Shown: in pieces, positions 10,942 to 23,050 of the stretch | Numbering within the stretch: the stretch's first letter is position 1 | Layout: each line of letters begins with the position of its first letter | Source of the DNA: Podospora anserina | Lineage: Eukaryota | NCBI GenBank assembly: GCA_017654855.1 | Contig: CM030336.1 | Span: forward strand, 434,001 to 498,000 | Direction: 5' to 3' | Length of the DNA: 64,000 nucleotides | The notes under the pieces: model-generated | The model's input: the letters and a program-made list of their open reading frames with translations, nothing else | What the model was told of the DNA's origin: nothing | The model's database searches: none | Program-made: the position numbers and the translations under genes

Positions 10942-12629
10942 ATGCTCGTCCATAGCCTGACCAGCCAGGAGTTCCTCTGGGCCGGTGGAGCTCTTTCGGG
11001 AGTTGCCATCCACCTAACACTCTTCATCCGTGGCGAGTGGCATGTTCACGCTCCAGAAATCCTCTGTGCCTACGGCGCCCTCGTCGCTGTCTCAACCCTG
11101 GCCGGAATCCTCTATGAAGCCACAATCATCGGGCAGGCACTCGCCTGCCACTTGCTAGGTCTGACTGCCAGCATCATCACCTATCGCATCTTCTTTCATC
11201 GCTTGACCCGTGCCGGGTTCCCGGGACCGTTTTGGGCCCGCTTCACAAAGCTAGGTCATGTGTGGTACTTTCGACACTCCAAGAACAACCTGTACCTGGA
11301 TGAGCTGAATGCAAAGTATGGGGACGTTGTGAGGACTGGTATCAAAAAGCCCCTTTTTCAGAAGTAAAACACCATCTAACGTTTTTCGTTTATCTCACGC
11401 CCTGCCGAGGTCACGGTATTCCTCCCTGAGGCTCCCGACGTCATGACAAGCCGCCACTTCAACTGCGTCAAAGCTGAATTCTACGATCTGATCTGGCCTG
11501 AAATGGCACTGTTCGCTGCACGGGACAGAAGTGTCCATTCGAGGCGGCGGCGAGACTGGCAGCCTGCTTTCTCTCCTCAAGGTTAGTCCTACCCCTTCAA
11601 AAAAACGGAATCAATACCTAGCGATCCCGGCTAACTGAACCGCCAAGCTATCAGACATTATTGAAGAAAAGGTGCTGTTGCACATCGAAGAGCTAGATCA
11701 GCAGCTGGAGTTGAAAGCAAAGAGCGGCGCCGTCGTGAATGTCATCGACTTTTTGCTCTGGTTCACCTTTGATCTGATGGTGATCAAGGATTGGTACGAA
11801 TCAGTCGACTGGTGCCAGGAGCAGATCCAAGCACGCCTAGCCAAGGGGCCGGCGCCGGAGCTACGAGATCTCACTTATTACATCATGGAGAAGGAGAAGG
11901 AGAACAAAGTCGATGCTGGGCCTTGGCTCAGGGGGGATAGTCTGCTCGCCGTCTTGGCGGGAAGGTCAGTTTTCCCTCTACCTTTGTGCGCCCAGTGACC
12001 GCTGATGCACAGTCAAATAGTGAGCCAACCGCGCAAGCCCTCGCCGCGGTCCTCCACGAGCTGGTGCTGCACCCAGAGCATATCGACAAGCTCCACGCCG
12101 AGCTGGGAGACACATGCCTAACCGACACCAACGCCCTGGCCGAGCTCCCCATCTCAACGCCGTCATCCAGGAGGCCATGCGCCTCCACCCATTCCTGCCC
12201 ATCGGCGGAATCCGCAAAACCACCGACACTGGCGTGACCATCCGGGACGTGCACATACCGCCTCACACGACAGTCCTAACTCCTCTTTACACCATCTCCC
12301 GGCGTGAGTCTCGGCCCATCCCTTATCTCACCGATATTAAACTAACCTTGAAATGTCACCCAGGCGAGGATTGCTTCGAACAGGGCTCCTCCTTCATCCC
12401 AGACCGGTGGACCACCCGCCCGGAGATGGTCCGCAACGCGGCCGCCCACGCCCCGTTCAGCTTGGGCAAGTACAACTGCATCGGGCAGCACCTCGCCATG
12501 CGCATGATGCGGTACACGCTTGCGCCGGTCATCAAAAAGTACAGCCAGAGTGTCACTTCCAGGGAAATCTGCTTCTGGTTTTGGAAGACATACTGCCAAA
12601 ATTTGAGGACAATTTCTCTGCCATCATGA
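10942..12629 (+). pseudogene. Cytochrome P450 pseudogene
   Basis: P450 motifs (KYGDVVRTGP, AGSEPT, EAMRLHP, PDRW, PFSLGKYNCIG) spread over frames; intron-1 acceptor reads CAC (11396-11398); +1 shift near 11661; apparent internal deletion after FDLM (~11780); -1 shift at 12147-12150; aberrant 3' end. Confidence 0.85.
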
Positions 12630-12899
12630 TACGCTCACTCCCCTCGATGTATATTGATAGAGGGTGTTGTTAAATGTAAGCGCTGGTCGAAAATGGAAAT
12701 CGGAAATAAAATCGGCGGCGAAAAGATACCTAGGACCTCGGGTAAATACGAACGGAATCCACGTTCCTGGCTGTTCTTATTTTTAAAAGTGATGCCCTTG
12801 CGGTACTATACTAGGTTGATGTTAGTCTATGCGTACATTCCTAAGGTGCAAGACGAGTGGCAAGACTCGCATACCTATCCATACCATATTAGCTTGGCA

Positions 12900-13020
12900 T
12901 GTTGTGACGAACCCCTATTGGTATCCAGAACCTCTGAAAGGGATACTCTGTTGAAGGTGCTTCTAGACAATCTGGTTCGGTACAGCTAAGAAGTGCACAA
13001 CAAATGGCTTATCTCAATCT
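12900..13020 (-). mobile_element. Degenerate LTR-end-like fragment, inverted copy of ~15185-15294
   Basis: TGTTGTGACGAACCCCTA...TCCAGAACCTCTGAAAGGGATACT matches the reverse complement of 15254-15294; weaker similarity continues to ~13020 with many transitions. Confidence 0.6.
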
Positions 13021-13178
13021 AGATGTCATATCTTCCTCGCAAACAAAACCACTGCTCCTCCCCCTCTGTCCCACACTCAACCTCTCATTTACATGCACCT
13101 GTCTTGATCTATTTGGCATTAAAGCATTTCACAATGTCCTATACAGAGTTATGCAAACTGGTCGGCGCCAAAGCAAAT

Positions 13179-13704
13179 ATGTCTAATGCCGGACACTCCA
13201 ACGTGGGATTCCCCAGCATCTGAGGACTCCAACCAGAAAAATAGAAAAGTATCAAGCGGTCCGAGGTTGAGGAGGTGACAAAGCATTCAGGAGAGAATGT
13301 AAAGGGGTTTCTGCCAAGTATCATTCTCGCTCCCATAACCCCAGTGATACACACTGACCCTTGACTGGCAGAGGACCAACCCGGCGGGGTGAACAGGTTG
13401 TACGAGGAGAATGGGTGTCCCGCTTTGCAGGTTGCAAGCGCTTAGAAGTACACTAACAATTTTGTTTTCATTAATACAGCTGAAGAAAGAGCAGGCCGAG
13501 GCCAAAGAGAAGGACCCAACCCTTGCGGCAAATACTCCTCAAAACCTGCGGATTTGGGTTGGACTGACAGATGCACCGCAGGCAACCCTCCACAACAACA
13601 GGCCCTCCATGGGTGCACTAGTTGACAAGGAGATCGAGGAAGATGAGCGGGCAATGCTTGAGAAGAAGAAAGGGAAAGATATGATAGGGGAGAGTTATTA
13701 TTAA
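13179..13704 (+). pseudogene. Pseudogene of a small conserved fungal hypothetical protein
   Basis: MSNAGHSNVGFPSI then frameshift into EDSNQ; KRSEVEEVTKHSGENVKGFLP; KDPTLA/ATLHNNRPSMGALVDKEIEEDE resembles a widespread DPT..A..H.N.PS.GA..DKE family from recall; intron remnants, one with a GC donor. Confidence 0.6.
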
Positions 13705-15004
13705 GTGACGGATCTCATTCAATCCAGAATAGCTATCTAGTCTCAATCTGGCTCTCAGGTTTCTCTATCCCTCTTAACAATCTTTCAGCTTTATCAGAGC
13801 CAGAAAAGTGCCATTTTCAGGGAAGTCTGATTGTGATCTTGGAAGACCTGCTACTTGAACGTGTCCCTATGACTTTAATCGCAGGAGCAATAGAAGATGA
13901 TCGCCACAAAATGCCAGTGCCATCACGGAAAGTCCCAGTTTTCGCTCGACCTAAGGTAAGCGCAATAATATATTTCACGGTGAGTGAAGTTATCTAGCTA
14001 TTAACCGTTACAACTTTCTTGTGCTAGTAGAATATTGCATAGTCTGGGCAGGCGTTATATCAGCAAAGTGCGCTGCTAGAACTCTTGTGTTCAACATGGG
14101 TGCTGGGGAAGTAGGGAGACTAACGAGCTGCGCAGTACCTGTCGCTTCTTTGGTATATGCCCTTAAGGCATCCTGCGAACTGGCAAGCGTCTTTTCTAGA
14201 CGATCAGTATTGCACAAAATAGACTTGCATGCCCGACTTACGTTGTGAGCAGTATGTGGCTCCTTGAGATGGGCTACGCTTCCTGAAGCACCCTGATTCT
14301 GCACATGCATCTTTTATGTCGATGGATCCTATCGTTAGCCCAATCCCAGCTTGTGAAGTGAGGCACACGTACGTTGAGAGCAATAATCCGAAGCCGTCTT
14401 AGTCCCGGTTCCATAGTGATAGCTTGTGGCTTTTGGATTCGCGCAACCTAGGCTTTTGCAGCCGTCTTATGGAAGTCTTAGTGCATATATTTGTGGGCGG
14501 AAGGAGTGTACGATGACAAATATTTAGACTTACGGCGTGTGCAATATCTCTTTCCCGCTTGTGCCTCTCTGTTGCAGTAGGTTGCATCATTACCAGCGCA
14601 GCTATGTGGCATCCTTTCGTTGCTTGTCCTTGGTGACTCCCTCAGTCAGAATTGTGGAATATAGTTAGTCAACAAGTGTTATAGAGAGGATATATCGAAG
14701 GTGTTGTTGCTGAACTGTGGAAGTAAGTAGGTTGGCAAGCTGCATCCCTCACATAGTTGCGTATGAAGATAAGGGGAGTGGTAGAAACAGGTTCTATAAG
14801 TAAGACAAAACTGCACAAAACAAGGCGACACGACAGTGCCCAGCCGCCGCCAGTCACGTATTATCCAATCATTAGGTTTAAGCCTCACTTTTACCAAGAA
14901 GGCAACCATCAAGGCACTGTACCCGGTGGAGGTCATGCATGCAAGCTGGCGTCCAATCGATCTGCAGCAGGATGGTCTGGCAGGTGGTGCCACTGCATCT
15001 GCCA

Positions 15005-15294
15005 CGTAACAGGGGCGCTTAGTACGCTCAGGAGACTGAGCGACGAAGCAGTGTGCTCAGCCTGCTCAGGGACTGAGCATGATGAGCACTACTAAGGGAG
15101 GTCTATATATACGGAGAAACTAGATAGCTTGTAGATAGTTCCGCAGTATGCAATCACAGCTTGTATTCACGGTATCTTGTGTTTACATTGAGACATCTTG
15201 TTGTGCGCTGTTTAGCCGCACCGAACCAGGATTATTCAGAAGTGCCTTCGACCAGTATCCCTTTCAGAGGTTCTGGATAGGGGTTCGTCACAAC
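15005..15294 (+). mobile_element. Probable solo-LTR relic of a retrotransposon
   Basis: ~290 bp non-coding block with internal TATATATA (~15104), ending GGGGTTCGTCACAAC; second inverted copy at 12900; left boundary uncertain, no TSD seen. Confidence 0.55.
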
Positions 15295-15492
15295 TAAGTA
15301 AAAAAGAAAAACTGGACTGTAGTTAAGACGTTCTAAGACGAATCAACTTAAGTTTTATGTTATTTTATTTTATCTATTTGCAGAGTATTCGAACTTAAAC
15401 ATGGTTAATTTGGATATGTACATACCTAGGTATGTTTCAAAGTTGAAATTCGTTAACGTGTGGCACATAATAGATGCCGGGTAAGACTTAGG

Positions 15493-15860
15493 TGTTGAGG
15501 TGCCGGGTAGGTCTTCCAACTTCTTCCCTATAAACCTACCCAGAAAATATCAAGGGAAGATTTGTTAGCTGTCGAAGGATATCGAAGTCTGTAGAACTAA
15601 ACTATACTCTCTACAGCTTAGTTGTCCCACAGAGTACCTTGCTACTCTCCAAGGGCCCAGTGCCCTACAGAACCTGCTGGAAGACCAGCACACTTGTATA
15701 AGTAGACCTCTCCTCTCCTCTCAATCCTGTATGTAGAAGAAAGTAAGCACAAGCAAGTAGCACAAGTCAATAATATACATGCACTAAAAGCCTCTGTATT
15801 AGACTAAGTACAAGCACTCAAAGCCTCTGTACTGTGACGTCTTGCCCCGGGGCGTGTAAC
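15493..15860 (+). mobile_element. Second LTR-like relic with RIP-like TpA enrichment
   Basis: TATAAGTAG followed by a CT-rich tract, duplicated AAGCCTCTGTA, ends GGGGCGTGTAAC; TpA-rich; boundaries uncertain. Confidence 0.4.
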
Positions 15861-17463
15861 CCCACACCCCCACCCTAATCCCAAAGCGGCAACATATTTC
15901 CCTCGACGAGGAAGAACAGGTTTTACCATCCTCCCGGGGTGGACGGGAGCGAGATGGAGGGGGAGAAGGCGGATCGGTTTACGTCTTTTGCTGGGCCGGT
16001 GCCGCTTGTTTTTGAGCTTAGATGAGGGTCTGGTGCTGTGGTATGGCGATGGCAGAGAGATGGATGCCGTGTACCTAGGTAGGTAGCTAAAGGTATTGCA
16101 TATAACTGAGAATAACACAATTGTATGATTCAGTGTTGCAGCCTCACCACAGTCTGTACCAGTCTACACAGACTAGACAGAGCTTGAACGCGGCAGGAGC
16201 TGGCTGGAGCACGCGCCGCCTGCCACCATCGGTGACTGGGAAGGCGGTTGCCGTATTTTCCAAGTACATACTGCACCACGAGTGCCGGGTGTGTTATTGC
16301 CGGCGGGTAGGTCTGTGCCTTGCGTAGGGCAGTGGCACACAGCGGACGACCTTTCGGCATGTTCAGCCTGGGGATAGGCGGCTTGGATAGGGGGGTAGGT
16401 GCGGGACGTCTCACGGTTTTCGTAAAACGGATGGTTGGGTGGTTGGGTAGGGCTGAGCCGCATCAGGAACGGTGAGGGAGGGGTACCACAGTTCTGGAAG
16501 TGTGGTCTCGATTTGTTTGTTGGTGCACTTCTTGCCCGTCAGCGTCAGGGTAGGTAGCATTGTGGGGTCATGGACCGAGGAGTGTTGGTGATACAGCAGC
16601 AAGGCGGGCATCGGTGCAACCAACAAGGCGCGGAATAGCGAGCCGGATCATCTTGGTGCGAGCAAGATTGCCTATAACACCATGACTGGGCAAGGATGCT
16701 GCTGCATGGCGTAGGTACGGTGAGCGCATGGAGCGATGTGAAAACAGATATGCACCGATCGAGCGCGGTACTGGGAAGGATTTAATCGCCGAGGCATGTA
16801 ATATGCAGAGTAGGTAGGTCGTATGCGATCTCCTTCCTATACTACATTGGACTTGAGCTTTCCAATAGGTAGACAGGCAATATATCAGCTTACTGTCCCT
16901 GTAAAAGAGCCGAGTGGCATAGAACGCACAAAGGTGTCTTGGACACAAATAGTAAGATAACCGCATACTGTCCTCGACGCCATATGTGAGAATGAAATCC
17001 TCGCATTCTTGCTGCATGCGATGCCAGGATCTTTGAGAACGAATCAAGCCATCAGCATCGCAACGCTGCATGCTCGGCGGCCTGAACAGAACCAACAGAC
17101 TCTGGTTTACCCCAGAGGTCTCTACAGAGGACCTGTCGGGTGTCGCCCGGCTGATAGCACAGGTGGGGATGCCCGTGCATCTAAGCAGTCGAAAAAGCGC
17201 AGCAACAAACCAACGTGCATAATGAATGTATGTGGGATGCTGCAATCATCAGGAGTAAACCACACAGGGCTTCCAGCATGAAATCAACCAACTCTCTTCT
17301 ACGCCGTACACTGACATCAACGTGCCACTTCGGTCGAAAGAGCAAAGGATGCCATGGTCGAGACTCTACCCCCACCTGGATTTAAGAAATAAACCCTCTT
17401 CCTGGAAAGTCCTGTATCGCCGAACACTTTTGTCCAACTACGAGACAAGCTGAATCGGGCAAG

Positions 17464-19043
17464 ATGACTGAAAGTGTACCGCAGCAGGCCGAGTGCCTCG
17501 CCGCAGCGGGACTCCAGAACCGAATCCTTCTTCCCACTTCTCCAGAATATGCATCCCGAATCGAAGCATACTGGAGCAAGAGCTCCCAGCTCAAACCGGC
17601 TTGCTTCATAGAGCCAACCTCAGCCACCGAGGTCGCCGACGCACTGAAGGCCCTGGTTGCTGCAAAGCAAACCTTCGCCGTCCGCTCCGGGGGGTGCAAC
17701 TTCTGGCCAAGCAACAACATCGACCATGGCGTCACCATTGATCTTGGTCAGTTGGCCTGGATCAAGTACAACCCCGATGACGAGACAGTGAGCATTGGGC
17801 CAGGCGCGCGTTGGGGCCAGGTTTGTTCTCTCTCCTTCTCCCTGCCCTTCATACTCCGTGTGGGATGATGCCAACTTCAGCTGCGGCTAGGTCTATGAAT
17901 ACCTCGCCAAATACGACCGCGCAGTGGCAGGCGGCCGTGAAGCTAGAGTGGGCGTGGGCGGACTACTCCTCGGCGGCGGTAACACTCTCTTCACGGGGCG
18001 TCGCGGTTTTGCCTGCGACAATGTGATTGAGTACGAAGTCGTCCTGGCCAACGGAAGCATCGTCAAAGCCACCGCCAGCGGCGAGTACAGCGATCTTTTC
18101 AGGGCGCTCAAGGGCGGCGGCAATAACTTTGGTATTGTCACCTCCTACACCATGCCCGCAATCCCATGCGCTTCCATCTGGGGCGGGCTCGTCATACTCC
18201 CCCCAGATATCATGCCTGCGGCGGCCGACGCCTTTGTCGATTTCACTAGCAACCTGGAAAAAGATCCAGACAGTAACTTGATCCTCATGATTGCTCATCT
18301 CGAGCCCAAGCCGGGCACCGTGATTGCCGGCTTGTACGCGAACGTGGCGGGTGTCGAGAAGCCGCCAATCTTCGACAAGTTCCTCACGTTCCCCGAGTTG
18401 TTCAAGACATACAAGAAGACAACCCTCGTTGAGTGTCTGAACGCAACGGCCCAAGGGACAGGCTATCAGTAAGCCCACTTTCGTCTTCGTTACAAGGCAG
18501 TCCGGTAACTGATGTACATCGGTGCTAATCATCATCCACAGCGGCGTCTGGTTTGCCTCCTCTTTTGCCAACAACCCGGCCATCCTCCGACGGGCCGCAG
18601 AACTACACCAGGAGCTGGCAGCTGAGTTTGAGGCGCACATCACCGACCAGGACTTCCAGACCCAGTGCATCTTCCAGCCGCTGCCGCGCGCCTTCGCGCA
18701 GAACTCGGTCAAGTTGGGAGGCAACATGTTAGGGTTGGAACGTAACAAGGTCGACGGTGTGCTTTGGAGCGCACATATCATGGTTCGGACAGCGGAGCAG
18801 GAGGCGTGGGCCTACCCGCGTGTGCGCGCTTATGTTGAGAAGGTGCGCGCTTACGCCGCTGAGGTCGACGGGCTCCTCCCCTGGATCACGGCCAACTACG
18901 CAAACCCGGAACAGCCGGTGCTGGAGAGCTACGGACCGGAAAATGTTGCGCGGATCCGGGAGGTGGCGAAGACGTATGATGCCGATGGTGTTTTTCAGAC
19001 CTTGTGCCCCGGGGGGTTCAAGATTTCCAAAGTAGAGGGGTAG
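17464..19043 (+). CDS. FAD-binding oxidoreductase (berberine-bridge-enzyme/PCMH-type), 3 exons
   Basis: FAVRSGG, VGVGGLLLGGG, DLFRALKGGGNNFGIVT, ANYAN...SYG and C-terminal FQTLCPGGFK; introns 17821-17890 and 18469-18541. Confidence 0.92.
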
Positions 19044-19874
19044 CAGACGCGCCTGAGGTTTTGAGTTCTAGGCAACGACCAGACAGCAATACAGAATACA
19101 TGAAGATGAATCCAATGTATTTGTCCGTTTTTATTACTCAGTCCTCCTGATACATAGGCTGTTGGTCAACTTAGTTGGGGGCTGGTGCAACCCCAAGCGT
19201 TGAACAGGTCTCATTGACAGACCTCGGCACACACCACGCTACCTGGTAATTATACTTCCACAACACTCCTTTTTTGCCTGCATATGCCGACCCAGAACAG
19301 CTGAAATACATACCTACCTACATTGCCCGAGGTACCTTACCCAAGAGGTTTATGGTGGGAGAGAATACTAGATCGTTCGAAGTCTTGGCGCTGCCCAGCA
19401 AAGCGTTGGCGTCCTGTTGATCTTTCTACCCATCAATTACAACATATTCCCTTTGCTTATCGCTATCCCCTTTAGCTTCCTCCCTCTCCTTTTCCCTTTC
19501 TCTTTTTTCCTTTTCCTCCCTTCCGGTCTGGCCTCCCGCACGATCGCTGGCCTCTTTCAAAACAAGCCTAGAGAAATGCGTGGCCAGACAGGTGTCAGTA
19601 CCAAATCTCGCAGTTGGAAGGTCACTTGAGAAGATAACTAGAACCAGGCTTACCTGTGGTTGCCGACACGCTGCAAAACACGAACCTGTAGTCATGTCTT
19701 TCCACCATGGCGTTAAGCACATTGGGCCTCAAGCACGTCCCACCCGGTAGATCGCAAGGACGGGATTTATGATACTGGGTTTGGCGTTGTGCCAGGTTCT
19801 CTCCTATCAACCTCATGGGGATGTCTACAGCCAGATTTATCGCCGTTCCACGCTCGGTCGAGCACACAACAGCA

Positions 19875-20717
19875 TCACACGACCATTTGCACTGTTGGCC
19901 GGGACGGCCCCGAAGGGAAGGAGCAAAGATACGAGTCAAGCAGAGCGATGGGGTGGTTGTAACTGCCATAGGTTCCGTCGCACTGGCGGGCAACGTCGAA
20001 GGTGATGTCCTTGGTCGAGACGGCGGCTGACGGGGAGGAGGCAGTGTGAAGCCATTTGAGGAAGGGCATGAAGTACACCTTTGCCATAATGTCTCCCCCG
20101 TGAGCCAGGTCAAAAGCCACCCAGGCTTGGGAGAGGGGGGTTTCATGGGGAACTTTTGGAAGGAGGGAAGGGGCGGTCGAGGCGGGGAGGAAGAGGCTCC
20201 GAATGAACGTGTTGTACTGGCCGAGATGGATGCTGGGGATTGACTTGGTCATGTCGTGGAGGAGGCGGGTGGTCTGTTCTTGATTGTAAGGGTCGATCGG
20301 CGTACCAGCTTCGGGGACTGTGGCCTCAATGGTGAATCGTACGGTGCGGACGTTGGAGGTCTCTTTGAAGTTGACGCTCAGCTCCATGGGGGAGCCATCG
20401 GCCATGATGCGGGCGTTGAAAATGGGCTTTTTACCGGACTGGGGACGGCCGCCCAGGGCAGGGATAAAGCGGTTGTACCTGGTCGAGACTCTCGTCAGTC
20501 GAGCCCAGCGATAGAAGGATGGTAATAAACGAGGAAGAGGTTCATACCATTTACTATGAATCACGATATCCTGGTTGCTGTAACCGCTACTCTGCAGCAG
20601 TTTTATGAAAGGGAGAAGGGTAGTTTCGTGCCAGAACTCCTTGGAGTCGTCGTCGAATCCCTTGACGAAGGTATCCTCCTGGCGAGATACCTCAACGGCG
20701 ACAGTAGGTGAGTCCAT
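19875..20717 (-). pseudogene. 3'-truncated DMATS-type (ABBA) aromatic prenyltransferase
   Basis: DGSPMELSVNF, VRFTIE, VAFDL..G...AKVYFMP motifs; one intron (~20546-20479); stops at QMVV* before the expected DC..SRxKxY segment; no continuation seen in other frames. Confidence 0.8.
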
Positions 20718-23050
20718 ATTCGGGTAGAACTTCCCAGTTCTGATGATGGAAGAGTATGGTACGATGGATTATCGGTTGGTGTCCGATTTCTACACAGCTC
20801 CCTGTTTGCTTGACGGGGCATTTCTGCTTCTTATACTTTGTCACCCAGTTCCTGGTATGTCCTCTTTTCCAAGGGCCAACATGGCCAAGAGCTCACGACA
20901 GCAAGTCTGACCATCTCACTCGCAGCTCCTACAGTGGCTACTGCTCCTCGAGCCTCACGAGCATGACTACACAACATTCATTTTGTGTCTGACATTACTG
21001 GTTTCAGCCAATAAACCGGCCCATGACTGTCATGCTGCTCTTGTCTGCTCTCGGTTCAAATTGTGGGGTCACTGTTCCTGATCACAACAGTCCTCCCATT
21101 GGCAAGCGAGAGCCCACATGATGCTATTCAGAGCTCTGATCTACGGCCGCTAACCATGGTTGATTAGTTACTGTGCGGAAGAAGTCATACGCACTTTTGA
21201 GGAAGCAACGTGAGGGCCATCGCCAAGATGTGCCATGAAATAAGGGCGAATACGGGCCTCCATGTGCTCATTGGGGTTGACGATTAGGTGACTGGCGCAA
21301 AATATGGGTGTCATGCCTGACAATAGCACAGGGGCAACCAATGCTAACACCTCTCTTCCTCTCTTGTGATCGGTGCTGGTGTTGAGGGAGGGTTAGGGTC
21401 TCATTCTGTGTTGTTGCACAGACCATGCCAACCTTGATCGCTCAGGATGCAGCCTCCCTTGCAGGTGGTGATGCTTGCCGATCAAAGTTCTGGCACGAAA
21501 AATCGATCTCACATTTGGTCAACCTGCACGCTCTGTCTCGGTGAGATTTCATCTCACAATGCGCTAATCATGTCGTGCATTTCTTGAGTCGTGAGGGGTT
21601 TGGGCGAAGTGAGGATTCCCGATTCAGACGACTGGGGGCATCTGATTGGTCACTGATAAGAAAAAGAGATCTTATCTTGATAGAGCTCTTATCGGTTTTC
21701 ACCTGCCAGCTGCCTCTAATATGCCCTCCAATGATTCGGAAGACCTCGCCGACTGGACATCTCTGTTTGAAGCTTTCTGTGGTGGCAGATAAGATATCAT
21801 CCAGATCATTTTCCCAATGATTGGATTAGATTAATGTTTTCGGGATACAGGTGAGTGATAAAGAAGTTTGACACCGGTTTACTAGAATCCTCGTGCTACC
21901 TAGCTCCAATATTGGGACTATCGAAAATGAGATTCTGTCATTTTCTCTTCAACAATGAGAAATATTTCCGGGATCAAAGGTTTTATCTTGCCACTTCCCT
22001 GGTTAGTGGTTACTCGGTGAGGCTTGCATTGCCCGTGAGTCGTGGCTCCACGTTTATTCGGCCTGCTGCAGTGATTCAAGTCCTTCTTGTTCAATGAAAA
22101 GAGTCGAATCTGTTTGCTCGTTTGACCATTGTTGTTGTGATTGAACAGAACCAGGAAACAATACGAGATATTGCATATACCACTCTGGGCACCCACATGA
22201 GTCATGCAATACAAACATAGACATCAGCTTCAGGCTCTTGTCAATGTGAAAGAGACTGCTCCCCACGTCAAAGGTTTCGCCCCATCTCGAACATACACCT
22301 TGACTTGACGTCTACTTCTTGGAATATATTCCATTCTATTAACAAAGATGAAAACTTTGCCGCTAGGTTACAGTGTCTTGTGGTCAGATCAAACCCACAT
22401 GTCTTAGCAACCACTCCTCACTCCCTGAGACCTGTGATGTTCTTCGAAACAATGACGTTGAAGGAAGCGGTCAACTGGCGACGAGCCAGGTTCTGATGAA
22501 ACATATTTGCTTTCCTTCATACACGTGTCGCCAGTTTACTATATCCAAAGTATTGATCAGTGGTTGACCCACGCCAAATTCTTCTCATGATTGGTTTGCA
22601 GTCCTCAGCCCAATGTTTGCCAGTCCATGTAAAAATATCGCTGGGCTTGAATTTGGAGCTGATTTGATTGGAGTTCCCTCCCGTCGGGATGTCGAATTTG
22701 CCTGGTGCCGACCAAACGGGAGTAAGCTGGAACATGCCCGACAGTCCTCCAGAGAGAAGGCACTGGAGTGTTTGTTTGCCCTGAGCGAAGGGAGCCCACT
22801 TCGAAAACGAAGAAACTGGAACCAGGTCTCTTCCAAAATACACCGCACATTTCGTCAACGGGCAAGACTCAAACCCCACCGCTGTTTCATTTTCGCTTTC
22901 TCTCTCCCATCGCCCTTTCTCCCACTTTTCCCATTAAACCTTACACCTTCCCTCCTCCGTCTTCAACGTTTTCCTCAACTCACAAACGCGCTTTCCTATT
23001 GATCTTCATTTTTGTGCCGCATTCCTGTTCCCCGCAAGCTGCGTGCCATC

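Noticed and set aside
14008-14310. 100-aa minus-strand ORF inside the inverted repeat pair as a possible transposase
   Set aside because: No DDE, zinc-finger, gag or RT motif visible; too short to call
16000-16900. Many RGGTAG motifs resembling the Enterprise Starship target site
   Set aside because: GGTAG/CTACC runs are common in intergenic DNA of these fungi; no captain gene or paired boundary nearby
16568-17245. 225-aa minus-strand ORF
   Set aside because: No recognisable motif, non-ATG start, atypical composition; lies in repeat-degraded DNA
19426-19722. Charged E/K/R-rich ORF
   Set aside because: Explained by a CT-rich low-complexity tract; no gene structure supported
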